Shown here: positions 1 through 13,068 of the stretch, piece by piece
Layout: every line of letters begins with the position of its first letter
Position numbering within the stretch: position 1 is the first letter of the stretch
Source of the DNA: Tubulanus polymorphus
Taxonomy: Eukaryota; Animalia; Nemertea
Reading direction: 5' to 3'
DNA: 64,000 nucleotides
Assembly (NCBI RefSeq): GCF_964204645.1
Contig: NC_134027.1
Location: 5,860,485 to 5,924,484, forward strand
Position numbers and translations under genes: made by a program
The notes under the pieces: model-generated
What the model saw: only the letters and a program-made list of their open reading frames with translations
What the model was told of the DNA's origin: nothing
Databases searched by the model: none

Positions 1-3000
1 CCATCGATTTTGAACAACATATACGCAGATTTAATGCAGTGCGGGATTCCAGGATCAACCAAAAATATATCTTTATGTGTTATGATGTTATGCATGTGCT
101 TTTTGTGAATTCGTTTTTATCGCACAAAGGAAAGAATATCAACCAAATCTTCTGATCAAATCTTCTGATCAAAACCATGCTGGACATAAGTCGAAAACAT
201 GGATGGCAAATAATCTCTGATCGTAGCTAATCTACGGGGCCATTGTGCCTTGATTTATCAGAAAAATTAAACATTTCAATGAAATGTTCCACGGTAACAG
301 CACCTTGGTTGTTATTGCCTTGCGTTCAGTGATTTTCCACTTGTGAGACGCTGAAAGGAACACTGTTTCCTCTTCAAGATGATGACCGTTTTGTTTATCA
401 CGTGAACTTCAGAGTTACAGGTGTAAAATGCCGAACAACGTCAGCATTTATAAACTCGCAAGCCCTCCGGTTATCACCAATAATCACTGGCCATGATTTG
501 GCCACGCTTCCACGAGTCTGACTTGCTCGCAGAATAAACGATGAATAAACAAATTCGTCTTTAATGTTTCTGCCATAGTTTGTGGCTTTTCCCGTTACTT
601 CGTATCGGTAGATCGATCGTTTCTTCGATTATGTTAATTTTTCATCATCTAATTACTAGAATTATCATATAGATCTGGATTTTCGTTAAGACGTTTTATC
701 AAATCAACTCACTTTTACAAAATGCATGATCCATCAGGTGTGGCGAATCTGACATTTGTTAGCCTAGTGAATATATATTAGCAAAAGTGTAGTATATGAG
801 GTAATCCTAATCACTTAATCCAATATCTCAACACCTGTAAAAAGAAGGCACTGATGCAAGAATATCCGTAAGCACATTCAGAGGCGTAAGAACATTTTTC
901 GAATCTTGATTATAATCGCACCGTTGAGGAGTTTTTCACATATAAATCCTTTGGAAGTACGATGCTTTTCCTTCGAAACCGCCAAAGATAATGAGGTCCT
1001 GGAATGATACTATCCACTATTTAATTCCCACTTTCTTCCATTGTGTACTAACAAAATATCTTAAGACTAAACATGGTGCAAATATTTTTGAGTCGAAAGC
1101 TTCGAAATCGTACGACCTTCCCTGTATGATTTACCAAACAATTTATAAATTCTTTCCATACGAATAAACCAAGTTTCATGCCGAGATATAATCAATTTAC
1201 GCAATCAGTGCCAAGAGTAAATGGAATTTTTTATAAAACAGTTTAGATTGCTACATATATATGTATATATGAAGGTGTTTTAACGCCGGTTCTCCATCAC
1301 ATACCCTGACAGCAAAGTTATTACAATTTAACGATTTATCCTCCTGGATATTGTAATGTCGGTGAGGTTATTATAACTTCGCCTATTTAAAAAAATGGTG
1401 AATACGAAAAGGTTTAAAAAGTCGTCATCGGACTGTTGATTTCTGTAGATCGTCTTTGCAAAAACCCAGTCATTCTTCTAATCCGATAGTTTTTCATGTT
1501 GAAAATTATTTTTTCCGGATAAACACACATTTTTTACCCGGAAATACAACTCTCATTTTCGCAACAAAATTTTTTGCAACACTTGAAAACGCATCGGTAA
1601 ACAATGCAGAATATAATTTGTATCTTCCTCCCGTAGGAAAGCAAAATAATCAGAAGTTTATCATTTGACCCCACACACGAAGATTGAAGTGCTGGACCTA
1701 AAAGTCCTTAGAAGTTGCCACCGCTCAGATTCATTATTCGTATTCAAAGGAATTGAAAATCATACCGTCTAAAATATCTTTAACATTTTAATGATGATCA
1801 TCCTAAACTTTTTATCATGGGAAATGTATGATTATTCATGATTATTATGAATCGGAAGAAAGCTTGGAGACGGACGATTTCTGGACGAATAGATCGACAA
1901 AGGGCCGAATCCAACACAACAGTTGCTGCGTTGTTGTTGATGTTGTTGTGTGAGTTTTTCGCACTGTAGGCCGAGGTAGTGGTGACATCGCTCGGCAGCT
2001 GTCTTCACTTGATTCAGACGCCGTTACTACGTAGAAACCGATCGCTAACTTCTTTTCACGGCCCGGTTTGCTTCACGAATCAAGGACAGCAATAGTTTGT
2101 TGCAATAGATTATGTAACAATGGGCCAGCGAAACCGCTAAAAACTTTTTGAGATGGGGTACTTTTTTCGATTTTACGTAGCTGAAAGACTTTTTTCTAAG
2201 GATCTAAATCTAAATCTTTTGTTATGCACAAAATTCATTAGGATTTGAAAGGCCTTTGCGATGCCGGGTGGAATATGAAATAAGATCAAAAATAGATATG
2301 CAGAAGTTATGAACAGCTGAAATTGTATTCCTTTGAGTTATCAGAGATTAAAGGATATTTTCGTCTTTAAAAACGCTGCAGTGCAGTCTCTCTGAAGTGC
2401 AATGACTTTGAAGACAGCGGTGGCTACAGTTTTAGACGTTTCAACGTCTGTTTTATTACTAAACCCATACCACCCGTGTTTCCTCGGAGCACAAAACTCG
2501 AGACAAATTTTCGTAAGGTGCATTCATTTACAGATTTTCTTTTCGTCATATTGAATAAAATTTTTTTTTTTGTAAAATCGCGATATGTTGATGGAGCACG
2601 TGCGATTAAATTGTCGGCGCGTACCGGTGATGCGTGTTCCAGATGCGAAAAGTAACAATGACGCAATTCACGAACAGACGAACTATTGTTTGTAAATAGC
2701 CAATAGCATCTAAATACAGGTGCATATCATCATAGGTAAAAATGCGCAGACTATCTAATTAATCTGAAGAAACGTCGGCCGAAAATTTTCATGAATTCGT
2801 GCACGTTATTTTTAACGAACGATGTCTTCCTGATGTTCGTATAAGCAGCAATTAAACCGTCTCACCCATGTAGGTTATTATTATGTGAATCGATTGAAAT
2901 TACGAAACGAACAAATCAGAAGTTATGAACATTCTTGATCAAACCCTAGCCCGATTCGAACGTATAATTACAACAAATATTCCCAAAGGTTATTTGACAA

Positions 3001-5211
3001 CACGATACAGAGCGAGTGGAATAGAACGCTAATATATTCGCAATAACTTAATAACTTTATGATAATCAATATTCATATTTATTCTAGGTATATACGTGTA
3101 TCAATTTTATATCTTATATCTTCAACAGTAGATATTTTATCAGTGCCGGACTGGTCAGTGTCAGTGCCTATAAAAACACATGTACTCTTCCTTTCACCCT
3201 CTTTCATCTGGACATTCAAATCTACCCTCGTTCTAAACTACCTCCCAAAATACAGCAAGAAATTCATTCAATTGTACCTTGCTTTAGAATATGCTACGAA
3301 ATACCTTGTTCTCACGGCTTAGTCGAAGTTCGCTTATCAGGTGTTATTTAACAGGCAAGGAAGTGTGGATAACGTTACCTACTTAAACGACTCATCATCG
3401 AATTAATCTAATTTATGATGAGAGATGGTACCTTTCATTTTCGTACAGAAATCTGACTCAACTCCAGAAGTTCATAAAAAACCCCCATTAACTGTCTTAA
3501 TCGAAGGTGTTTTGACACCGCGGCTCTACAATCGACAATAACGCTCATTCACAAAGTATTAATTGTTTATATGCACTGTGAGCTCGGTCGCTTTGTGCGA
3601 TTTTCCTAAACCCCGATAAGCCATTATCGCAACGGATTGGCATTAATATCGGCAGGTTGAAATAAATAACTGATATCTTTTGTTGTTGTTAGGCGAACTT
3701 TTAATGTGCTTTTCCATTGCTAGATGGCGCTGAACAACAAAATTTTGTTTGAGATTTTCGGATATTTTAAGCCAGAGGAACCGCAGTAATTTCATGCAAT
3801 TTCAATAAATGATATTATTCGTATAGCGCTAGAGACTTGGATTTCTTTTTTCATTCAACCGGTTCATTACTCATCTGCCGCAACTATAGAGCAATTAAAC
3901 TATAATTGGCCATGAAGCCCATCACTCGCAGATGCTACAATAGAATGTCAACAATTTCCGAACTGAAGATCTTTGCAATTGATAACCGACTGATAAATGC
4001 CGACTTATCAGTCGGGTAAACCACCTGACAGCACAGTGTGTGGCCCGTATGCGTCGAGATCTTTGTTTACTTGTATTTTTGGTCGTGCATGGAATATATG
4101 TCACTCGACATTATAAAGAAGGAACGTGCCGTACGGAACCTCGGGTAAAATACAGATGATCGACCCAATATGATGGACCGGGTCTTATCGAAGTAGCAAA
4201 TTCTACTCCTCCTTCAATATGCTGATGATTTTCTTTCATTTTTCATGAATGTGGCTTGAATACTTGAAATGCAAAATGCTGAAATATTTATGGTAGCTCA
4301 ACAACCTTGAATTATGTTCTAAATAAGGCAAATATCAAAATCGTTGAATGAAATACCCTTTTAGTGAAAAGCATTATATTGTTAAAAGTTTTTCAATGAA
4401 TGGGGATGGCTCCGATTATATCAGATATGTTCTTCCAAATATTAACGGAGGTTACTCAAAATTCTCTCAGCGACGATATTTTGCTCATAAGTTACGAGGT
4501 TTTTTAATTTGATATTACAACATGCAACAATATTTGCTATTGTTTAATAAATACACGCATTACTCGGTGGATGGCTTCACTTCGGTAATTTCGGTGGCGT
4601 TAAGACAAAAACAAACACTTTCCAACGGAGTAAGGACCGCACTGGTACAGATAAATAAATATAATTTTGGATGCACAGAACGTTAGGTAGTCTTTGAACC
4701 GATGACGCTTAAATTGTGGGAGGTGCTTGAGGATGTTGATGGAGGTGCCTGCTGTATCTGGCCTCTCACATTTGATGTGAAGGGGTGCAGGGGTTGTGAA
4801 ATAACGCCAATTCCGATCATATTTCCTCCAATCGTTGGCAATTAGCGTCTCGAGCTAAAGTAGTACTATACGAAGGCTGGTCGAATTACAAAGCGCTAAT
4901 AATCTGCTGGGATTTCCCTTCCTCCTCCAACAGCTGTGAGCTACCCACCCGCGCCGTCGAATGGTGCGTCCCAGATGCAACAGATAACCTCAACTGAGTA
5001 AAGTTTCAAGTTTTGGATGAGAAGTGGTCTTTATTCTGAAAGCATCCATCAGCGCAGCAAGTTCAACTTTATCTTCCAAGTCGTGCACAACTCAATTAAC
5101 GCTACAGTTATTCCGTGAGTCAGTCACTCGCACACGCTGAGATTTCGTTCGCAAGTTTTACTGCTAACATTCTACAATTCATTAATCGAATTCGCTTAAA
5201 TATAGCGTTTA

Positions 5212-8200
5212 ATGGCGCTATTAACTCGACCGAATATTGGTATGGACGCTGCAACAATCATAAAAATGGAATCGCTACCTTTGAGAGCTGGATTGGAACA
5301 TCATCAACTTGATACGATACCGCCATTGACACCGAAATTGGAACCGATGAGTGACGCTTCCGACGACGAGCGACCAAAATCAACCGCAGCTACTGAAGAT
5401 GATAATTCGGCAGCGGAAGGTTCCGACAGCGACCAGAAAAATGGCAAAAAATCATCAGCAAACCGTCGCCAAGAAAAACCGCCGTATTCATATATCGCTT
5501 TGATCGTGATGGCCATTCAGGCGTCGCCGACAAAAAGATGCACACTCAGCGAAATCTATCAGTTTCTTCAACAACGTTTTCCATTTTTCCGCGGTTCTTA
5601 CCAAGGGTGGAAAAACTCTGTCAGGCATAATCTGTCATTGAACGAATGCTTCATCAAATTGCCAAAAGGACTCGGACGCCCGGGGAAGGGACATTACTGG
5701 ACGATCGATCCAGCGGCCGAATTCATGTTCGAGGAAGGTTCGTTCAGGCGTCGACCGCGTGGATTCCGTAGAAAATGTCAAACCATGAAACCTTTCGGAA
5801 TGCTGAACAATTTTGCTGGATCTCATCCGATGCTCGGGCCTCATTACGCGGAACACTTACACCAGACCGGTGCTATGGGTTACGGAGGACAAAGCTACGA
5901 CATGAACAACATGATGAACATGTACGGTGGTCAACAGACTGTGCCGGCTAGTTACGGCACCGCAATGGGTGGACACTACCCAACCCCGACTAGTATGAAC
6001 GTTATGGGGGACTATACCAGCAGTATGACTATGTCCATACCGACGACGACCATTCCGACTCATCCATACACTGACCGGGATCCCCAAACCGGTGGATGGA
6101 TGTCAACGATGAATCCTAATCGTTATAAACAGCAGCCGCTCAGTCCGACCGGTAGCACGGGTTCGATGCAGAGTCTATCACCGAGCAGTCACGGTAGCAC
6201 CGCCGAACATAATAGTCCATATGCTGCCCTACAAAACGCACTCACAGATACTCAACCTATGGACCTGGCAGCCGCTTCCGGTAAGCATGTCTTTGATAAT
6301 GATATTAATCAAAAATGATAAATTTTTTTTTGGAAAACATATAGTTTTACGAAGCAAAAGCTTTAATTAATCGAATTTTTCATCGTTGACCTAATTCGCT
6401 AGTCCTGCTCAAAATATCGTTGAAATCGTTATGGCCCCGGTGATGTCTGATGAGAATTTGCATTCTTTTTAAAGTACATCGATGTACGCATTGGGTATAA
6501 ACGGATGAAAATCGTTGATTGATTTGAACTGATGTTTTATGCCTCCATCCGCCGCTTTCCTTGATCCGTAAACCTATAGCAGCTGCTTGAGAACGGATGG
6601 TCAGTTTTATAATGGCCTGTTTTATCCCGCTTAACTCGATATGACAGGTTTCGGTCAGTTTACCCGCTGTGTTCTCGTTTTTACGCTGTCCTATGATCAT
6701 CGGCGATTCGCTTTCCTATCAAAATATAATTGTTGCTACAATGAAATACTTCAAATACGCCGAGGCTTGTGGCGCATATTTTCCTGTACCACAATATACG
6801 GCCTATTACGAACCAAATGTAACTTCTATCGCGACCCCTGACTGGGACTTTATCAATATTGAAGCCGTGAAATGCTTTTTATCACTGCGTGTGTTCCAAT
6901 GCGAGATACCAGCTAACAAAATGAAAAAGTAATACAATATATTTTCGAAGCATTTCTTTTCGAGCTTTTTCGTTTCATTCCAACAGAATTTTTGTTGTTT
7001 TACATGATGAAATTACAGTCTATATTTAGTGAAAAACAACGACGATCATTGCAATAATTTCAATTAAAAGTTAATCAAGGTGGGTAGTGGGATCTGGTTT
7101 TTATCCATTTGTGTTTGTGATTGAAATGCAATAGCTCGGCACGCGTTCTAGTAAGTTAATTGAAATTCTACTCTTCAGTTTGCGTAACAAATTAATTAAT
7201 TAACCGTGTAGCGGTTACTTCGAAGCGCTAATTGAACATAGCCAGAACAGAGCTCCACGTAGATAGATTATCGCGCACCAGGGAATGGCTGCTAAATCCT
7301 CCCGCCAAAGTCAATTAACTGAACGTTTGAAAAGAGCACCAGACGTAGATTTTAACATATCAATCTCGTCCGTCCCCGATACGATTTTTCACCTTGATGA
7401 AAAGGGGATAGGGGCCTCTGTTACATCATCACTTCTTTAACCATCTGTGACTGGATAGTTTGAGATCAATCCGAAATTTCCAGTTAACAAATAAATACTC
7501 CAAATTCGGTCATTTAAAATCTATTCATCTGCCGAACGTTGAAAAGCAGACGTTAGCGATATTGGATTCTGCTCGCACAAAAATCCACATCAAATAAAAG
7601 AATGATTTCATATTTCAAGTTCTTGCTCGTCAAATCTTAAGAAATGTGAAGTAACTTGTATATTTGTAGCTCGGGGCGAATCTAACACGTTCTCACTCGA
7701 AACGGCGGTGCTTTTTGCGCCTGGCAACTACCGTATCGGTATCACTGCATCTTGTCGCGGCAGGATAAGAATGATGCTACTTATCATCTCCATAAAGCAG
7801 GGACCGAGCGCTGTTTCGCCTCCGAACCCATCAGCGGCAAAGCTTATCTCTTGTAAAAATTGATAAGACGAAAACAAGCTCTCAAAACATGACATTCTAT
7901 TCCATTCGTACAGGTCTTATCGTTCGGAATTTATCAGACGGGGGCTTTTTGAAAGTGTTTCGAGGCTCATTGGTTTATTTTAACCGGAGGAGTTGAATTG
8001 TTGGGGTCATTTTAGATTCAATATCAGTTTCACGGTTTATACTTTTTTCAGACGCTGATAATAATGAATAATCATCTTCGCTCTTTACATCGCGCTTTAG
8101 ATAATTTTTTCAATCTTACAGATCTTTGGATCGGTGAAATTCAAGTTTTATTCTATGTATTATCTCCGTTAGATAGCGGCATGGATTTCTTCTTTTTATT

Positions 8201-11200
8201 TTCTAATGGAGGTCTCTTTGCTTTGATATCTTTCCTTCTATAAAATACGTCATTATTTGACGTTTTTCTTAAAACGAAATACTTTAAAGATTCTTGAGCC
8301 GCATATTTCATGGAGACGATGACACTGTAAAAGCATTCTTAAAACAGTTTGTTTCTATGTTGAAACGTCATAAATCGGCGCAGAACATGAACATCGCGCA
8401 TAATCCTCTATCGGTTGTCAACCTTCTAAATAATAGATCACCTGTTATTTGTTGTGTAACAATTGTTTACAAAAACATCGGAAATTTTGAGTGTTCGTGC
8501 GGACAAGCGTCAGAGCCTGAGTAAACATTTTCATTTCCATACATCCATACATTTAATAGTGCTCTTCACCCTTTTTCGCGAAGAGGGAAACTACTAAAGA
8601 TGGGCTCTTGAGGTCACAGCGCGGCAGGGAACAAGATTTCGCGTATATCCTGATGTCCTCTAAGCCGCCGATAAGGGGATTATAGTACACTCACTAAATC
8701 CTGTTGCCAACGACCCGGTATCGGCCCCGCGAATGAAGAAAATAGGTCGTTTTTTGCAAGAAATTGTTGGCAGCAAATAAGAATATATCTTCTTGAACTG
8801 CGGTTTAATCACCTCCAACCTTTGGGGATTAAATGGAAAACATATTTCACTAAAATGATGGGAAGCTATCAGTTCAAGTATGAATGAATGAATTCCATTT
8901 ACAGAATGTATCCACATTTTAGAGAAATCCAAGATAAGCATATTAATATCATAAAAATAAACCGTAAATTTAAAAAAGAGAAATTCTAAATGGGACCTAT
9001 GTTCTTAAGTAATGCCCAGAGAGACGGCTAAGAATGGTGACTAAACGGGTCATTCATAATATCACTAAGTTAACAACGATAAGCTTAACAAAACTAAGAT
9101 TCGTATCACCTATGTTTGGAAAAAAATACTCTTAAATTTCCATTTTTCAGTCACCAAAAGTCAACGGTTTATTTAAGAATACAGGATACGGGAAAACTGG
9201 GCCGAGTGCCATCAAAGTTAAGACGCAGTTAATCATTAACCTAATAATTACCTTGAAAATGGACCTTATGGAAATATGATCTGATTGGAGAAGGCTCGCA
9301 GCCAGTGTTCCGCTTGACTGTACTTCCGTGTAGATGTCATCGCATTGCGTAATAACATCGGTTTGAATTTCGCGAGTTAATATTGTTAATTTCTGAAACT
9401 ACTCAGATTTCTTGCTACGATTGGTAAATCGTCGAAGCAAATCAGTGTTTATTTGATAAACTGCACCGTACGAAAAATCATAAAATGCTAGATACGAGGC
9501 ACCGCTGTCCACATTTCGGCGAGGCTTGTTTCGTATATTCTGGAATATTATTAGGATAAGCTTAGTTGTTAAATCTAATGTTTTCGTCCTTTCAATTTGT
9601 CGTTTATTCGGTAATTCAAGGGTCCGCTGTTTTTGATGGTTGGCTTGGCTCCAGTATCCCCGGATTTTTCAAGTTATTCACTTTTCTCCGGATTTCCGGG
9701 TTTCTCCTATTCAACAATTAGTTTTTATTGTTTAGTTGTTCTGTTATGTATTGTTAGATGGAAGTGTTATATTTTGAAGCTGTTTTAGTCAAAGTCAGGT
9801 GCTCCTCGTGTTGGCCTCTGCACTTGGGTAATGGTAGATATGCAGGTAAAACTGATGGATGAGGGTCAGCTGCCTCGCTGGATCTGGTACTGAGTTAGAC
9901 AGCCGCTACTGCAGGCACGATCCCTTCTCCCTAGTGGTACTTGCTCTCACCGTGGGATCGACGAAAATGCATTATAGGTTGTTGAGCGCATGGTTTTCTG
10001 ATTTCATACCCTGACGGTAATAAGGCCGCTGACTACAAACAGAATACTTCTCTGCTCCATGGACTCATGAAATTCTCTGCGTTTTACGGACCATGTTTGT
10101 TCAAAGTATATATTTCTTTCGATGGAGAAATATCAAAAGGTTCTGAGTTTTTAGAAAGCGAATATTCAAATAACTTGTAATTGTAAATTTCTAGAATTAT
10201 TCTAGTCGAGTGGCTATTTTAGTTTTGACGTAATGAGGTTTTAAGCCTATTTTCTGATGTTCTATTGTTTTTCAAAAAATTCTCAGTGTTTCAAAATTAT
10301 TTGCAACCACAATATCATTTCTTCTCCACAAAATTCGTCAACAATGGTGCGATAATATATCTAGAATGATCGCGCGTAAATTTGGCGCGTCTGTTTCCTG
10401 GTGTTTTTATGAAAATATTAACGGAAACTCCCCGAGACGTTGAGCTTGTATGACCACACATACATCTGCTTCGAACAAATCTGTGCACTAGTTCCTTTAC
10501 CTTGTGGCTGCTGAGTCCGTAGATTCTCCTATTTTCATAGGTGTTATCAACTACGATTCTTCTCGGAAACTAGCGCACGTAATCCCCCTCCACAGCCACG
10601 TTGGCGAATACCTCACAACAGTCCGTGGGGACTTTCAGACTTTTACTCCAGTTATATAAAATTCTTCTCTACGGTTTTACCATTGTTTCATTCAAACACA
10701 CTTCGCCGCACCAAACCTCATTGCGATGATGTAAAATATCAGCGAGTTTGAGTGGTAAAATCGCTGCCTCTAACTTTTCCCTCCAGAACATATCGAGTTC
10801 GTTCATTTTCTGTCAAATTTCTTTCCGAAATTTCGATCAGGGACTTTGCCTCTTTTGAATATAAAAGTCTACTTGACTAGCCGCAGTGAAAAAGGATGTT
10901 GTAATTTTGGGAATAATCTTTTTGCGATATTCAAGCCGAACTCAAAATGCCCGATGTAATTATCTAAAAAGAACTTTTAATACCGCAAGGCAGCATGGCA
11001 TTGGAAGCACCTGATCCACTCGAATTAGCGGTACTTTTGTTATTGTGGCCCCTTTTCTCATCTAAGAGCGTGTAGTAAATATTTGTACACAGATTCGCCG
11101 GGGTGTTTACGTTTCAAACTGAGGCAGCGCGTGGTAGCCGGTAAATAATGACTTCAACTTTCAGTCTCGGCTAGTCGAAACATTTTGTTTGAAAGCTTCT

Positions 11201-13068
11201 AATTTGTAGGTAATTTTGCAAAAGCTGCCGATCGCTCGCGGGCAAAATGGCCATCTCCCATTCACCGATATGAGTCCGGTAGCTACATTTCAAAAATAGA
11301 ATTTTAAAGTCCCGTTTTAATGCTTCTTTCAATTTCTTTCTAAAATGTAGCGGCTTTGCTTTCTCAGTTTTATCATAGGTCACTCCTATGCGGGACATTG
11401 AGCAATTTGGGGAATGCAATCGCAACAGCTGATGGACAACGATTCTGACATTGATTGACCAACTAATGAACACACGCTTGTAATAACTCAGATCGTTAAT
11501 CATTAAAACCCCACAACATGATGTACTATACTCTCCGATAATCCTTGTACAGACCATTAGCTTCCGACAGCGCTGACCATTCAGAGACGTAGGCTCAGAT
11601 ATCGAGAACTCTGAAAAATTTTACTGTAAAATTCGCTTCAAGTAAATACAACGTTTGACGCTGTTCAATTTTCTTCGGAAAACGCTTTTTTGTTGTTCTA
11701 GAAATTGTTCGCCTTCCATTGTTTCAAATATATTTAGAAAATCTTCATTTAGCAGACACCGAGTTCACAGAAAAATACATATGTACGTAGGTTTTTTAGT
11801 TTGAATTTACGAAATGGGTCACCCATCAATCACCTGACGGGCGATACTAATGTTAGTTAATGTTAGTTGTTCGACAACGATTTTTACTGCATAGCAACGC
11901 ATTTATCCGGAGTCAAGTGTAACATGTAGCACCCTGAGATATCTTCTTCTTTTCGCAAAGTTCATAAATCACCGTTTAAAATGATGTTAATCTGTTAGAG
12001 TGGGGGTCTATGCGGGTGGAAACGCATGACAAGGTTGACTGAGTCTGTCAGCAGACAGTCAGTCATTATCTCTAACACACCCACAGATACTTCGATGTTT
12101 TTTTATCGACTCTCTACGAGTTGAGGTCGAAGGGACTGGATCTTAGGCTGACTTGATGTGATTCATAGAGGGTGAATATTTTTTAGACAAAATTATTTGA
12201 AAAAATGTTGTCTGCTAGTTGAAAAAGCATAGATCATGAACAAAAAACTACGAAAATAGGAATTACTTCATAATTGCGGTTGTGTCAGGCTATAGTCATA
12301 GATATTCAGGTTTTTTTATCGAACCTGGGTGGGCGATGATGCATGTTTTAGCATCACTAGTGCGTTCAGCGGAGATATTCCTGGCATGTGACCCCGGTAG
12401 TTAAGCCATAAGCTTTTTAAATACTTCCTCTTTTTCTCTATCTGCACCTGTTTGAAAAACAATACCGTTTTATTTTGTGCACGATGATCTTGATAAGCAT
12501 AGCAACTTTGATGACCGCGTTGAATGTATGATTCTTACGCCCTTTTGCCCGCCATAATCGGGAGGGTTTTAGGTAAAATCTTAAATCCTTGCAGTTTGAC
12601 GCCTCAGTGACATGAACACGATGCTGTAAAATGCTGAACATCGCCTTCAACACATCTATGCATATGTCTTACACGAAACTGTTATCTGTAAAACCTGCTG
12701 CTCTACACCAATTTAATCACGCTTACCTTGCGGTGGACACTAGCGACTCCTATCAGCCAGCGCCTTAAACCATTTCCCGCCACTATATGATATTTTCTTA
12801 CGATACAAGCTTCACGAATTTCCATAATTTCTTGTCGAACCACAGTCTACGAAATATTGATTGAATTTCCTGTTTCAGAATGTTTTTATTTATCGCTGGT
12901 GATTAAAACGTTGTTTTCAATTTATATTTTGTAGGGATGAGAATGGCTTCACAAAATATGGCGTTTGCTACCGGAGCGTACGATCGAAAACCATTTTTAC
13001 CGTGCGCATCAAATACGATGAACAGTCCATTACCACATCCTGGTTACTACGAAAAATGCCCGATTTGA
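5212..13068 (+). CDS. FoxF: Forkhead box F transcription factor, 2 coding exons (5212-6280, 12935-13068), about 400 aa
   Basis: Forkhead domain [105 protein letters not shown] is FoxF-class. Donor G|GTAAGC at 6281 (phase 1) joins acceptor TTTTGTAG at 12934. Exon 2 reads (G)[43 protein letters not shown], with the DRK...YY C-terminal pattern of vertebrate FOXF exon 2. Confidence 0.95.

Noticed and set aside
6281-6318. C-terminal [11 protein letters not shown] of the 368-aa FoxF ORF
   Set aside because: Read-through into the intron after the GTAAGC donor. The real C-terminus is in exon 2 at 12935-13068.
9600-10030. GC-richer block in the FoxF intron with a CGATCCC/GGGATCG stem
   Set aside because: Possibly a repeat remnant, but no TIR, TSD, ORF or Pol III boxes could be identified.
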